A DNA stretch of 64,000 nt from a bacterium (GTDB taxonomy: Bacteria; Desulfobacterota; DSWW01), in NCBI GenBank assembly GCA_040756235.1, contig JBFLZG010000002.1, positions 64,001-128,000 on the forward strand. The letters run 5' to 3'. Positions 1 through 9,910 of the stretch are shown piece by piece; the first letter of the stretch is position 1, and each line of letters starts with the position of its first letter. The position numbers were made by a program, and so were the translations under genes. The notes beneath the pieces are model-generated. The model worked only from the letters and a program-made list of their open reading frames with translations, did no database searches and was not told the DNA's origin.

Positions 1-26
1 GGGAGCGCTCGGCACCCGGTGGCCGG

Positions 27-788
27 ATGGAGGAAGACGAGGTGTTTTACCTGAGCGCTTTTTACATTGCTTTGGGATTGTACGCCCTTGTCTTCCTGCT
101 CTCCCTCTCCAGGGAGAGGCGATCGCGTCGCTTCTATCAGGCGGTCTGGGTTGCGCCCCTGGTTTTCAACGCTCTGGCCTTTGCCGCCATGGTGGTGCAG
201 TCGGGTCAGTTGCCGACTCATTTTCTTTTCGAACGGCATCTTCAGCTCGGACTCTGGCTCGGGCTCCTCCTGTGGGTCGATTCCTTTCTCGAGGACACCA
301 GGAGGATCGCGCCGTACGTTGCTGCCATGATCGCGGCCCTGTTTGCCGTGAGCCTGTTCTTTCCGAAGGGGCTGACCCCGCCGGTTTATCGATACTCCCT
401 TCTGTGGGCGCGGCTCTTCCTGGAGCTGGAGGCGCTGTCCTTCGCGCTCTTCCTATTCGCTTCCGCCTGGTACCTGGTTTACCTTGTGGAGGGCAGAGGC
501 GGCGGAGCTTCCTCCACGGCCTACCTGCGGAAAGGAAGGAAGTGCCTGCTGGTCGGGTTCACCGTCTTCCTGGCCTCACAGTTCTTCGGGTCCATCTGGT
601 CCCTGCAGGGCTGGGGCGACTACTGGATGTGGGGGAAGATGGCCTTTGCCGGGGTGGTCATCTGGTTCTACGTGATGTTCGTCATTCACTCGAGATATGT
701 TCCCGCCTGCAGCCGTTCCTTCGAGGCGGGCGTCGGGTTTCTCCTCTTTGTGATCGTCATCGCATACAGGATGATCTGGCAGGCATGA
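27..788 (+). CDS. ccsA: Cytochrome c biogenesis protein CcsA/ResC-like (divergent)
   Basis: Multi-TM protein with Trp-rich WSLQGWGDYWMWG segment and C-terminal YVMFVIH; ATGA overlap with a ResB-like gene. An alternative GTG start at 42 has a better RBS. Confidence 0.75.
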   Translation: MEEDEVFYLSAFYIALGLYALVFLLSLSRERRSRRFYQAVWVAPLVFNALAFAAMVVQSGQLPTHFLFERHLQLGLWLGLLLWVDSFLEDTRRIAPYVAAMIAALFAVSLFFPKGLTPPVYRYSLLWARLFLELEALSFALFLFASAWYLVYLVEGRGGGASSTAYLRKGRKCLLVGFTVFLASQFFGSIWSLQGWGDYWMWGKMAFAGVVIWFYVMFVIHSRYVPACSRSFEAGVGFLLFVIVIAYRMIWQA

Positions 789-1678
789 CAAAGCTCATCC
801 GCTTGTTGGGCTCCCTCGAGTGGACTTTGATCCTCATGGTCCTGGTGTGCGTCTGGTTCGCCGTGGGGGGGATCCTGGCCGTATCCTCCCAGTACGGCAA
901 TACCGTGAGGGCCCTGAACGATCAGCTCGCGGCGCGGTCGCTCAGCGAGCTCCCCCATCTCGAGGACCCGATTTGGTCCCCCTACTTCAACTGGACCCAG
1001 ATCCAGAAAGACATGGTCGCCGGATTGCCTCATCCGGAGCGCACGGTCCGGGCCTGGCTCTGGGGGGCCTTCATCCTGGCCTTGCTTCTGGGCGTCAATC
1101 TGATCCTGGCAACATGGGACTGGGTCGTGGACCTGTTCCGCAGGCGCCTGGATCTTCGCCGCTATCTCCTGCTCGGCATGCACGTCCTGTTTGGCGTGGT
1201 GCTGGCTGGCCACCTGGCGAGCGCTGCCCTCGGGTTCAAGAAAGTCGGCCAGGTTCCGGTCCGGGTCGGAGAGCGCATCGAGTTCCTGAACCGCTATGCC
1301 CTGTCGGTCGACAGAGTCGAAACCATCGAACAGAAAGACGGGACCGGCAATGCCGCAGGGAAGGCCTGGATGACGCCGGACCTGTTCGTGAGGCAGCCGG
1401 TGCGGGTCCTGTTCACCCTGTATGACAACGGGGAAGCGGTGCACTCGGGAGAGGTGGCAGCTTATCACAGCGACGCGTTCGACGGGATGCAGATCCACCT
1501 GGCTCCTTTCAGCTTCAGGAGCCAGGTCAGCCACGATTTCACCGGCAGGGGCGTGGGCCCGCAAGTCGTGATTTCGAGGAACCCGGGCGTTCCGATCATG
1601 CTCCTTTTCCAGCCCATCTGGATTCTCGTTCTCCTGGTCTACGTGCTCGTGACGTTCCGCTCCCACACGGAAAGCTGA
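785..1678 (+). CDS. Cytochrome c biogenesis ResB/Ccs1-like membrane protein
   Basis: Starts MTKLIRLLGSL at the ATGA overlap; N-terminal TMs, LLGMH...GHL helix, periplasmic domain and C-terminal SRNPG+TM typical of the ResB family. Confidence 0.65.
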   Translation: MTKLIRLLGSLEWTLILMVLVCVWFAVGGILAVSSQYGNTVRALNDQLAARSLSELPHLEDPIWSPYFNWTQIQKDMVAGLPHPERTVRAWLWGAFILALLLGVNLILATWDWVVDLFRRRLDLRRYLLLGMHVLFGVVLAGHLASAALGFKKVGQVPVRVGERIEFLNRYALSVDRVETIEQKDGTGNAAGKAWMTPDLFVRQPVRVLFTLYDNGEAVHSGEVAAYHSDAFDGMQIHLAPFSFRSQVSHDFTGRGVGPQVVISRNPGVPIMLLFQPIWILVLLVYVLVTFRSHTES

Positions 1679-1772
1679 GCCGACCCGGCGTCCCCCGTCC
1701 CCTTCTTCCCTGCCCGGCGTCTCGCCGCTTGCGACGCGCTCCGTAGCGCGACGCCCCGAAGCCCGATTTCCC

Positions 1773-1816
1773 TTGACACTGGCCGCGGCGCTCTGATATT
1801 TGAATAGCCATTCAAA
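1773..1816 (+). promoter_or_regulatory. Putative sigma70 promoter with overlapping palindromic operator
   Basis: TTGACA at 1773 and an AT-rich -10-like region near 1795-1802; perfect inverted repeat TTTGAAT-agcc-ATTCAAA (1799-1816) just upstream of the TetR gene. Confidence 0.55.
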
Positions 1817-1842
1817 CAATAATTCCTCCGAAGAGTGACCCG

Positions 1843-2577
1843 ATGGGTCGTGCCAGCCTGGCTCCGGTGCGGAAGAGAGAGATCCTGGAGCAGTTCCACG
1901 AAGTCCTGAAGGACGAAGGGATCGAAGGGGCCTCCATCGTCAAGGTCGCCGGCCGCATGGGCGTCTATCCGAGCCACATCATCCACTATTTCCCTACCAA
2001 AGAGCAGCTCGTCATCGAATCGGTCGACTTTGTCGTGGAGCGCTACGAGCGGAGCTTTGCCGCCTCCCTGTACAGCAGGGCAAGGGGGTCGGAGCGGCTG
2101 GAGCACCTGCTGGAGACGCTCCTCAGCCTCGAGTGGGCACAGTTGTTCGAGGGCCCCGTCTTTTACGGGATCTACTACCTGAGCCTTCGGAACCAGGCCG
2201 TCTACAGCTCGGTGGCCGGCATGTACCGCAGATTCCGGGACCACTTGACCGATGTGCTCGAGGACTGCAGGGCCTTGCGTGTCCTGCGTCCCGTGCATCC
2301 GGCGGAAGAGGCCCAGAACATCATCGCCATGGTGGAAGGGCTCGGGTTTTACGCCAACCTGTGCCGCGATGCGGACAGGGTCCGTGCCATCGGCAGGGCG
2401 TTCAAGGAGATGATCTGGTCACGTCTGGTGGCAGAGAAGCCGCGCGCCCGAAGGTCCGCTGCGCGCGCGGAGCTTCCCGGAGCCAAGAGCGCCAACAGAC
2501 AGAGCACCGGTCGCGAGCGGAGGCGCGCACGGTGCTTCCCTGCAGATCCGAGAGGGTGTCGAAAAACACCCTCTTGA
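1843..2577 (+). CDS. TetR/AcrR family transcriptional regulator
   Basis: N-terminal HTH (GIEGASIVKVAGRMGVYPSHIIHYFPTKEQL); BetI-like C-terminal domain; tail runs up to a repeat element. Confidence 0.85.
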   Translation: MGRASLAPVRKREILEQFHEVLKDEGIEGASIVKVAGRMGVYPSHIIHYFPTKEQLVIESVDFVVERYERSFAASLYSRARGSERLEHLLETLLSLEWAQLFEGPVFYGIYYLSLRNQAVYSSVAGMYRRFRDHLTDVLEDCRALRVLRPVHPAEEAQNIIAMVEGLGFYANLCRDADRVRAIGRAFKEMIWSRLVAEKPRARRSAARAELPGAKSANRQSTGRERRRARCFPADPRGCRKTPS

Positions 2578-2737
2578 GAGGCTGATGAGAAATGGCCAGA
2601 TGCAAGGCGCGCTAAATCCTGAGGAATGAGGCTAGATGGCGGTCACGATGGACCCCGGCCTTCGCCGGGGCAGGCTCCCCCCGCCTCACGCTCCGATGAG
2701 CGCAACGCCGCAGATGGCCGTTTATCGACAGCCTCTC
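2576..2737. repeat. MITE/REP-like intergenic element, copy A
   Basis: Imperfect 23-bp terminal inverted repeats (gagaggctgatgagaaatggcca / tggccgtttatcgacagcctctc); internal agatgcaaggcgc and gcaacgccgcagatgg shared with other copies. Confidence 0.75.
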
Positions 2738-2756
2738 CGAAGAGGAGGGCGGAGTC

Positions 2757-3920
2757 ATGAGGATGATCGTGTTGGGCGGAGCGGGTATGGTGGGGTCCGT
2801 GGTGGTCCGAGACCTCGTGCGGGTTCCGGGGGTCCGAGAAGTGGCGGTGGCCGATTTCGACTTCGAGACGGCGCAGAAGAAGGCGGCGGAGCTCGGCCTC
2901 CCCGCCTCGGCAAAGGCGGCCGACATTCACGACAGGGCCTCTCTGGTGGGTCTCCTCAAGGGCTATGACGTGGCGGTCAACTGCGTCGGTCCCTTCTATC
3001 GGAACGTGCCCAAGGTGCTGGAGGCGTGTCTGGAGTCCCGGGTCCACTACGTGGATATGTGCGACGATTACGACGCGTCGGAGCGGCTCCTCGGCTACCA
3101 TGATCGATGCCGCCAGGCGAACATCACCGCCATCATCTCGCTGGGCGCCAGCCCGGGTTTCACCAATCTCTGCGGCCTCCTCGGCGCCCGCAAGATGGAG
3201 CCGCAGGAGATTCACACCGCCTGGGTGGAGAGCATCTCCGACGTGGGCGGCGGCTTTGCAACCGTCTGGCACGGCATCCACATGGCTCACGGAGAGGTGC
3301 CGCAATTTCTGGACGGGCAGTGGACCAAGGTGCCGGCCCTGAGCGGAGCCGAGGAGCTCGAGTTCCCCGCGCCCCTGGGCCGCTACCCGGTCTACTATCT
3401 CGGCCACTCGGAGCCCGTGACCCTGCCCCGGTACATTCGGGGCCTCAAGGTCGCCACCAACAAGGGCAACATGTGGCCGAGCGAGATCGACCTGAAAACC
3501 ATTCTGAAGCCGTTCATCGATCTCGGGCTCGGGGACACGGACACCATCCGCATCGAGGGCCGGGAGATCGTCAAACGCGACTTCCTGGTCCAGTACCTGA
3601 TCCAGGCGGTCCTGGCCCAGCCCGCTGGCCAGGAGCCTGAGGAGCCTCAGAACGCCGTGAGCTTCATGGCCAGGGTCGACGTGAAGGGCGCCGCGAATGG
3701 GAAGAAGGTGCATCATGTCTACACGGCCGCCATGGACACCAACGAGGGGACCGGCGGCTCGGCCGCCTATGGCGCGTGGTCGATTGCCAGCGGGAAGATC
3801 ACCGCCCGAGGCTGTTTTGCCCCCGAAGGATGCATCGACCCGGAAGACTACTTCCGGCACATGGCTTCCAAGGGGATCCATCTCTACGAGACGCGGGCGA
3901 TGACGGAGCGGTACACGTGA
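2757..3920 (+). CDS. Saccharopine dehydrogenase-like NAD(P)-dependent oxidoreductase
   Basis: GGAGMVG Rossmann motif, NCVGPFY, HYVDMCDD, GASPG, HSEPVTLP; AGGAGG RBS. Confidence 0.85.
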   Translation: MRMIVLGGAGMVGSVVVRDLVRVPGVREVAVADFDFETAQKKAAELGLPASAKAADIHDRASLVGLLKGYDVAVNCVGPFYRNVPKVLEACLESRVHYVDMCDDYDASERLLGYHDRCRQANITAIISLGASPGFTNLCGLLGARKMEPQEIHTAWVESISDVGGGFATVWHGIHMAHGEVPQFLDGQWTKVPALSGAEELEFPAPLGRYPVYYLGHSEPVTLPRYIRGLKVATNKGNMWPSEIDLKTILKPFIDLGLGDTDTIRIEGREIVKRDFLVQYLIQAVLAQPAGQEPEEPQNAVSFMARVDVKGAANGKKVHHVYTAAMDTNEGTGGSAAYGAWSIASGKITARGCFAPEGCIDPEDYFRHMASKGIHLYETRAMTERYT

Positions 3921-3944
3921 CGGTCTGCAGGGCTTGATTTGCGA

Positions 3945-3973
3945 CCGCGGATGGCCGTTCATCGGCAGCCTCC
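3945..3973. repeat. Partial right end of the MITE/REP-like element
   Basis: ccgcggatggccgttcatcggcagcctcc resembles the right end of copy A. Confidence 0.55.
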
Positions 3974-3999
3974 GAAAGGAGGGACAGAGAGGAGTCACC

Positions 4000-5721
4000 A
4001 TGCTGGATCTCCTCATCCGCAACGGGACGATCGTAGACGGTACGGGGAAGAAGGCCTACCGCGGCGACCTCGGGCTCTCGGCCGACAGGATCGCCGAAGT
4101 GGGAAACCTGTCCGAGGCCACGGCGGCACAGAGCCTCGATGCGGAAGGCCTGGTGGTTGCGCCCGGATTCATCGACGTCCACTCCCACCATGATCTTTAC
4201 ATCGTCGACCAGGATCCGCTGTCCCGGTTCGAGTCGTTCGTGCGGCAGGGCGTGACGACCTCGGTCGTTGGCAACTGCGGATGGACCCTGGCGCCCTGCA
4301 CCGAGGGGCGCCAGGAGACGGTGCTGGAGCTCGTGCGCAGCATGGGTGTTCCCATGGAGAGATTCTACTGGCACTCCATGGACGATTATCTCACCTATCT
4401 CGAGCGGCTCGGGCTCATGTGCAACGTTGTCCAGCTGGTCGGACACGGGACCGTCCGGCTCTGCGTCATGGGGGATCAGAACCGCTTCGCTACGGAAGAC
4501 GAGCTGAAGCAGATGAGCCGGCTCGTGCGCGAGAGCCTGGAGGCGGGCTGCGCAGGCTTTTCGTCGGGCCTCATGTACTACCCCGGAATGTACGCCCACA
4601 CGGACGAGCTCGTCGCCCTGGCCCGGCTGGCGGGCGACCTGGGGCGCCCCTATGCGACGCATCTGCGCGGGTACTGTACGACCCTGCCGGAGTCCCTGGC
4701 AGAGGCGGTGAAGATCGCCTCCGATTGCGGGGCGCCCCTTCAGGTCTCCCACTTGCACGCGGTCCCTTTTTTCGGCCGCTGGGCGAGCCTGGTGATCTCG
4801 GCGGTCGGCTTCATCGAAGCGGTGAACGCAATCGTACCGCTGCCCGGGCTTCCGGCCTCCGCCCTGGACAAGGGTCTCAAGGTGATCGATGAGGCCCGCC
4901 GCAAAGGCGTGGACATCGGCCTGGACGCGGTCCCCTACACCCTGGGGAACACCACCACCACGGTTCTTTTTCCGCCCTGGGCCAACCGCGGCGGAAGGAG
5001 GAAGCTGCTCGAGAGGCTGAAGGATCCGGCCGCCCGGGAGCGCATGCGGCGCGACGTGGCCACCATCGTTCCGCGCTGGCCCCATTGGGAGGAGGGCTCC
5101 TGGTCGGACCCCTACATCCGGGCCCTCGGCTGGAAGCCGATCCGCGTGCTCTCGGTGCGGAGCGATGCCAACCGCTGGGCGGAGGGATGTACGTTCGCGG
5201 AGATCGGCAGGTGTTGGGGGCTGGAGCCCTTCGAGGCGCTCTGCCGGCTGTCGCTCGAGGAAGAAGGGGAAGTGACCTTCACCTTCGGGTTCCCCGCGCG
5301 CCCCTGGATCGAGAAGATGTTCAACGAGATGATGCGCCACTCGCTGCTGGCGATCGGCGCCGATTCCGTCCTGCCCGGCGCCGGCGGAACCCCTCCGCCC
5401 TCCGCGTACGGGTGCTTCCCCAGGGTCCTCGGCCACTACTCGCGGGAGCTCGGGCTGTTCCCGCTGGAGGAGGCGGTGCGCAAGATGACCGGGCTTCCGG
5501 CCTCCCGCTATCGGCTGTCCGGCAGGGGGGAGATCCGAAAGGGGGCGCATGCGGACTTGGTGCTGTTCGATTCGGGCCGGATCGGTGAGGCGTTCACGCC
5601 CGACGGGAAGCCGGTCTTTGCGGAAGGGATCGAGCACGTCTTCATCAACGGCCTGCCGGTCGTTTCGCGAGGCAGGTTGAATCGGGATCTCCGCGCCGGA
5701 AAGGTCCTGCGCATTTCATGA
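4000..5721 (+). CDS. N-acyl-D-amino-acid deacylase (D-aminoacylase) family amidohydrolase
   Basis: LIRNGTIVDGTG, PGFIDVHSH, GVTTSVVGNCG, THLR, GCFPRVLG, ADLVLFD; RBS upstream of ATG 4000. Confidence 0.85.
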   Translation: MLDLLIRNGTIVDGTGKKAYRGDLGLSADRIAEVGNLSEATAAQSLDAEGLVVAPGFIDVHSHHDLYIVDQDPLSRFESFVRQGVTTSVVGNCGWTLAPCTEGRQETVLELVRSMGVPMERFYWHSMDDYLTYLERLGLMCNVVQLVGHGTVRLCVMGDQNRFATEDELKQMSRLVRESLEAGCAGFSSGLMYYPGMYAHTDELVALARLAGDLGRPYATHLRGYCTTLPESLAEAVKIASDCGAPLQVSHLHAVPFFGRWASLVISAVGFIEAVNAIVPLPGLPASALDKGLKVIDEARRKGVDIGLDAVPYTLGNTTTTVLFPPWANRGGRRKLLERLKDPAARERMRRDVATIVPRWPHWEEGSWSDPYIRALGWKPIRVLSVRSDANRWAEGCTFAEIGRCWGLEPFEALCRLSLEEEGEVTFTFGFPARPWIEKMFNEMMRHSLLAIGADSVLPGAGGTPPPSAYGCFPRVLGHYSRELGLFPLEEAVRKMTGLPASRYRLSGRGEIRKGAHADLVLFDSGRIGEAFTPDGKPVFAEGIEHVFINGLPVVSRGRLNRDLRAGKVLRIS

Positions 5722-5804
5722 GAGGGGCCTTTCCCCGCTTCCTGCAGCTTGCGAGGGATTAGGCTCTCGGAAAACCCATGAGTGGCGATTGGGAGGGCTG
5801 GCGG

Positions 5805-7208
5805 ATGAACCAACAGAAACAGACTGTCTACCCCTACATTCCGAATTCCGCGCCGGAGACGCGCAGGGAGATGCTCGAGAAAACAGGGGCCCGGGAGGTC
5901 GAGGACCTGTATCGCGAAATCCCGGAGAGACTCCGGCTCAAGAGGCCCCTGGACCTGCCGCAGCCGTTTCTTTCCGAATACGATTTGAAGCGGCACGTCC
6001 GGGGAATCCTGGGCCGGAACAAGTCGTGTGAGGAGTACTTGAGCTTCTTGGGCGCCGGCTGCTACCAGCACCACGTGCCGGCGGTCGTCGACGTCATCGT
6101 AAACCGGGGGGAGTTTCTGACCGCCTATTACGGGAACACGTACTCGGATATGGGCCGATTTCAGGTCATGTTCGAGTATGTGAGCATGCTCACGGAGCTG
6201 GTGGGCATGGACGTGGCCGGGTTCCCGCTGTTCGACGGGTCGTCATCGGCGGGGACCGCCGTCCGGATGTGCGCCCGGATCACGGGCCGGCCCGAGGTCC
6301 TCGTGCCGGATACCATGAGCCCCTTCCGGATGCAGGTCGTGGAGTGCTACTGCCGGGGCAAGGAGGTCAAGAGCATCCGCAAGGTCTCGTCCCATCCGGA
6401 TACGGGCCTCATGGATCTCGACGACCTGAAGTCCAAGATCAGCTCTCAGACCGCCGCGGTTTTCTTTGAGAACCCGTCCTACCTCGGCATGATCGAGACC
6501 CAGGGCCGGGAGATCGCGGAAGTGGTGCACGCAAACGGCTCGCTCGTTGCGGTCGGAGTCAATCCCATGTCGCTGGGCGTGCTCGCGCCTCCCGGGCATT
6601 ACGGCGCCGACGTGGTGTCCGGCGACACGCAGCCCCTGGGCGTTCACATGAGCTACGGAGGCGGCGCGTGCGGCTTCGTGGCGGTCCGGGATGTCGAAGC
6701 GCACATTGCCGAGCTTCCGCCTCTGATGGACTCCATCGCCGACCTGGAGCAGGGAGAAGGGTTCGGGTTCAATCTGTTCGCGTGGGCGGAGCGGCTTTCC
6801 TACGCGGCCCGGGAGAACGCCAAAGAGTACACCGGAACGTCCACCGCGCTGTGGAGCACGGCGAACGCGGTCTACATGGCGCTCATGGGTCCTCAGGGCA
6901 TGCGCGAGATCGGCGCGGCCATCCTCCAGAAGAGCCACTACCTCCGCAAGCTCCTGGCCGAGGTCCCGGGAATCCGGATGCCGTTCCGCTCGGCCCACTT
7001 CAACGAGTTCGTGGTGAGCTACGAGGGCGCCGGCAGGACGGTGCGCAAGATCAACCAGGCGCTTCTCAAGCTCAAGATCTTCGGAGGCAAGGATCTCTCC
7101 CGGGAGTTCCCGCAGCTCGGCCAGAGCGCCCTGTACTGCGTCTCGGAAGTCCACACGGCCGAGGCCCTGAAGAGGCTCGCCCAGGCCCTGAAGGAGGTGC
7201 TGGCATGA
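5805..7208 (+). CDS. gcvPA: Glycine dehydrogenase subunit 1-like protein (divergent GcvPA paralog)
   Basis: YIPNS, FLGAGCYQHHVP, ENPSYLG, LAPPGHYGADVV, HFNEFVV; the canonical YTPYQPE and REQHIRREKATSNICT segments are replaced. Confidence 0.8.
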   Translation: MNQQKQTVYPYIPNSAPETRREMLEKTGAREVEDLYREIPERLRLKRPLDLPQPFLSEYDLKRHVRGILGRNKSCEEYLSFLGAGCYQHHVPAVVDVIVNRGEFLTAYYGNTYSDMGRFQVMFEYVSMLTELVGMDVAGFPLFDGSSSAGTAVRMCARITGRPEVLVPDTMSPFRMQVVECYCRGKEVKSIRKVSSHPDTGLMDLDDLKSKISSQTAAVFFENPSYLGMIETQGREIAEVVHANGSLVAVGVNPMSLGVLAPPGHYGADVVSGDTQPLGVHMSYGGGACGFVAVRDVEAHIAELPPLMDSIADLEQGEGFGFNLFAWAERLSYAARENAKEYTGTSTALWSTANAVYMALMGPQGMREIGAAILQKSHYLRKLLAEVPGIRMPFRSAHFNEFVVSYEGAGRTVRKINQALLKLKIFGGKDLSREFPQLGQSALYCVSEVHTAEALKRLAQALKEVLA

Positions 7209-8770
7209 CTCGAGAAATCAAGCTGCGCAACTATCACGCCCAGGTCTGGGACGAGCCGCTCATCATGGACCTGTCCGTCAAAGGGCAGCGCGGCATTCTG
7301 CCGCCGGAGAGTGAGGAGGAGATCCGGGCTGCCGTGGGCGACGCCGAAGGGCTGATCCCCGCGGCCATGCGGCGGACCCGGCCGCCCGAGCTTCCCGAGG
7401 TCGCCCAGCCCCAGGTTGTCCGCCACTACACGCGGCTCTCCCAGATGACCATGGGGAACGACGTGAGCAACGACGTCGGGGTCGGCACCTGCACGATGAA
7501 GTACAGCCCGAAGGTGAACGAGCAGCTCTGCGCCCTGCCCGAGATGGCGGAGTTGCACCCGTGCCAGAACGAGTCGACCGTGCAGGGAATCCTCGAAATC
7601 CTGTACCGGACGCGAGATTTCCTGCGCGAGATCTCCGGCATGGACGAGGTGAGCTTCCAGCCCGCGAGCGGCGGGCAGGCGGTCCTGACGGCCGCGGCGA
7701 TCGCCAGGGCGTACCACGAGGCCGCCGGAGAGGGGCGGAAGAGGGACCAGGTCATCACCACGATCCACTCGCATCCCGTGGATGCCGCCTGTCCCGCGAC
7801 CCTCGGCTACGAGGTGGTCACCCTCATGCCGGACAAGGACGGGTACCCGGATCTGGAGGCCCTCAAGGCCGCGGTCTCGGAGCGGACCGCGGCCTTGATG
7901 ATCACGAACCCGGAGGACATCGGGCTGTACAACCCGAGGATCGACGAGTTCGTGCGCATCGTGCACGCCGCCGGCGGGCTCTGCTTCACGGACCAGGCCA
8001 ATGCCAACGGCGTGCTCGGCAAGGCCAGGGCCGCCGACGCCGGGTTCGACATGTGTCACTTCAACCTGCACAAGACCTTTTCTTCGCCCCACGGCGGCAT
8101 GGGGCCCGGGTGCGGCGCCCTGGCGGTCAAGGAAAAGCTGGCCAAGTTTCTCCCGCTGCCGGTCGTGACGTTCAACGGCAGGAAGTACGGTCTCGACTTC
8201 AAACGGCCGAGGAGCATCGGCAAGGTGCGGGACTTCTACGGGAACGTGCCGGTGGTGCTGCGCACCTACGCCTGGATCATGAGCCTCGGGGCCAAGGGCC
8301 TCGAGACGGTTGCCGAGACCGCGGTGATCAACAACAACTACCTGGAGAGCCTGCTCCTGGCGATTCCCGGGGTGACCGAGTCCTATGGGCCCGGCAAGAT
8401 CCGGCTGGACCAGATTCGATACAGCTGGGAGAAGCTGGCTGCCGAGACCGGCGTCACCTCGGAGGACATCGAGCGCCGCATGACCGATTTCGGGATCCAG
8501 TCCTACTGGCTCAGCCATCACCCCATGCTGATCCCGGAGCCGTTCACGCCGGAGCCGACCGAGTCCTATTCGAAGGAGGAGATCGAGTACTGGGCGGCCG
8601 TGATGCGGCACATCGATCGCGAAGCGCGCGAAGATCCGCAGAAGGTGAAGTCCGCCCCGCACCGGGGGATCACGACCAAGATCGACGAGAGCGCCGCCTT
8701 CTTTCACGAGAAGTGCATGTTCACCTACAAGAAGTACCGGCGGGAGAAGGAAGGCAAGCGAGGGGAGTGA
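7205..8770 (+). CDS. gcvPB: Glycine dehydrogenase subunit 2-like protein (divergent GcvPB paralog)
   Basis: RHYTRLSQ, GTCTMKYSPK, PLP-lysine motif HFNLHKTFSSPHGG, EPTES; ATGA overlap with the preceding gene. Confidence 0.82.
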   Translation: MTREIKLRNYHAQVWDEPLIMDLSVKGQRGILPPESEEEIRAAVGDAEGLIPAAMRRTRPPELPEVAQPQVVRHYTRLSQMTMGNDVSNDVGVGTCTMKYSPKVNEQLCALPEMAELHPCQNESTVQGILEILYRTRDFLREISGMDEVSFQPASGGQAVLTAAAIARAYHEAAGEGRKRDQVITTIHSHPVDAACPATLGYEVVTLMPDKDGYPDLEALKAAVSERTAALMITNPEDIGLYNPRIDEFVRIVHAAGGLCFTDQANANGVLGKARAADAGFDMCHFNLHKTFSSPHGGMGPGCGALAVKEKLAKFLPLPVVTFNGRKYGLDFKRPRSIGKVRDFYGNVPVVLRTYAWIMSLGAKGLETVAETAVINNNYLESLLLAIPGVTESYGPGKIRLDQIRYSWEKLAAETGVTSEDIERRMTDFGIQSYWLSHHPMLIPEPFTPEPTESYSKEEIEYWAAVMRHIDREAREDPQKVKSAPHRGITTKIDESAAFFHEKCMFTYKKYRREKEGKRGE

Positions 8771-9885
8771 AAAAGAGAGTCGGACTCATCGTCAACCCGA
8801 TCGCCGGGATGGGGGGCAGGGTGGGTCTCAAGGGGACCGACGGTCCGGAGATCCTGCGGAAGTCCGTCGCCCTGGGCGCCGTTCCCGTATCGTGCGGCCG
8901 CGCGTCGCAAGCGCTGAAAAGCCTCTCGGCCATGGGCGCTGGGTTTCACCTCTTCACCTATCCTCGCGAGATGGGGGAGGACGCGGCCACGGAGAGCGGC
9001 TTGGAGGCGACGACGCTCGGATCGATCCGATCCGGCGCAACCACGGCCGAGGACACGGAGCGGGCCGCCCGGGATCTGGCAGCGGCCGGAGTGGACCTGC
9101 TGCTCTTCGCAGGCGGCGACGGCACGGCCCGCAACATCTGCCGTGGCGTTGGCGACAGACTGCCCGTGCTCGGGATTCCCGCAGGGGTCAAGATGCACTC
9201 GGCCGTCTTCGGCACCACGCCCGCCAGGGCCGGCGCGGCGGCCGCGCTCTTTCTCCGAGGCAGGATCCGCGAGACTCGGGATGCCGAGGTCATGGACATC
9301 GATGAGGGCGCCTTCCGGGAGCAGAGGCTCAGCGCCAGGCTTTACGGCTACCTGCGGGTCCCGGCCGAGCCCAGGATGGTCCAGGCCGTCAAGGCGGGCG
9401 GGTCGGCCGGGGAAGCCTCGGCCGTGCGTGGAATCGCTCTGCACGTGGCCGCCACGATGGATCCGGGCTGCTGCTACCTCATCGGTCCGGGCACGACGAC
9501 CCGGGAGATCATGGAAGTCCTCGGCTTGCCCAACACGCTGCTCGGAGTGGACGTGGTACTCGACCGCTCGCTCGTCGCCTGCGACGTGAACGAAGGTCAG
9601 GTCCTGGAGGTGGTCGGCCGGAGACCGGCCAGGATCGTCGTGGGGGTGATCGGGGGGCAGGGCTACCTGTTCGGGCGTGGCAACCAGCAGATCAGCGACC
9701 GGGTGATCGCCCGCGTGGGCAAGGAGAACATCATCGTCGTGGCCTGCCGGAGCAAGCTCTTTGCACTCGGCGGCAGACCCTTGCTGGTCGACACGGGCAA
9801 CGGCGAGGTCGATCGGATGCTGGCCGGCTACGTTCAGGTGATCACGGGTCTCAAGGAGAAATTGGTTTACCCGGTCGAGTGTTGA
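8767..9885 (+). CDS. ATP-NAD kinase family protein
   Basis: GTG start overlapping the gcvPB stop; VNPIAGMGG, GLKGTDG, GGDGTAR, GVKMHS, GRGNQQ motifs. Confidence 0.8.
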   Translation: MKKRVGLIVNPIAGMGGRVGLKGTDGPEILRKSVALGAVPVSCGRASQALKSLSAMGAGFHLFTYPREMGEDAATESGLEATTLGSIRSGATTAEDTERAARDLAAAGVDLLLFAGGDGTARNICRGVGDRLPVLGIPAGVKMHSAVFGTTPARAGAAAALFLRGRIRETRDAEVMDIDEGAFREQRLSARLYGYLRVPAEPRMVQAVKAGGSAGEASAVRGIALHVAATMDPGCCYLIGPGTTTREIMEVLGLPNTLLGVDVVLDRSLVACDVNEGQVLEVVGRRPARIVVGVIGGQGYLFGRGNQQISDRVIARVGKENIIVVACRSKLFALGGRPLLVDTGNGEVDRMLAGYVQVITGLKEKLVYPVEC

Positions 9886-9910
9886 TCTGACGGAGAAGAG
9901 GGAAGCGCAA

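Noticed and set aside
6668..9885. Long N-terminal extensions of the 6668 and 7561 ORFs
   Set aside because: These are off-frame overlaps with gcvPA/gcvPB; real starts are at the ATGA/GTGA overlaps at 7205 and 8767.
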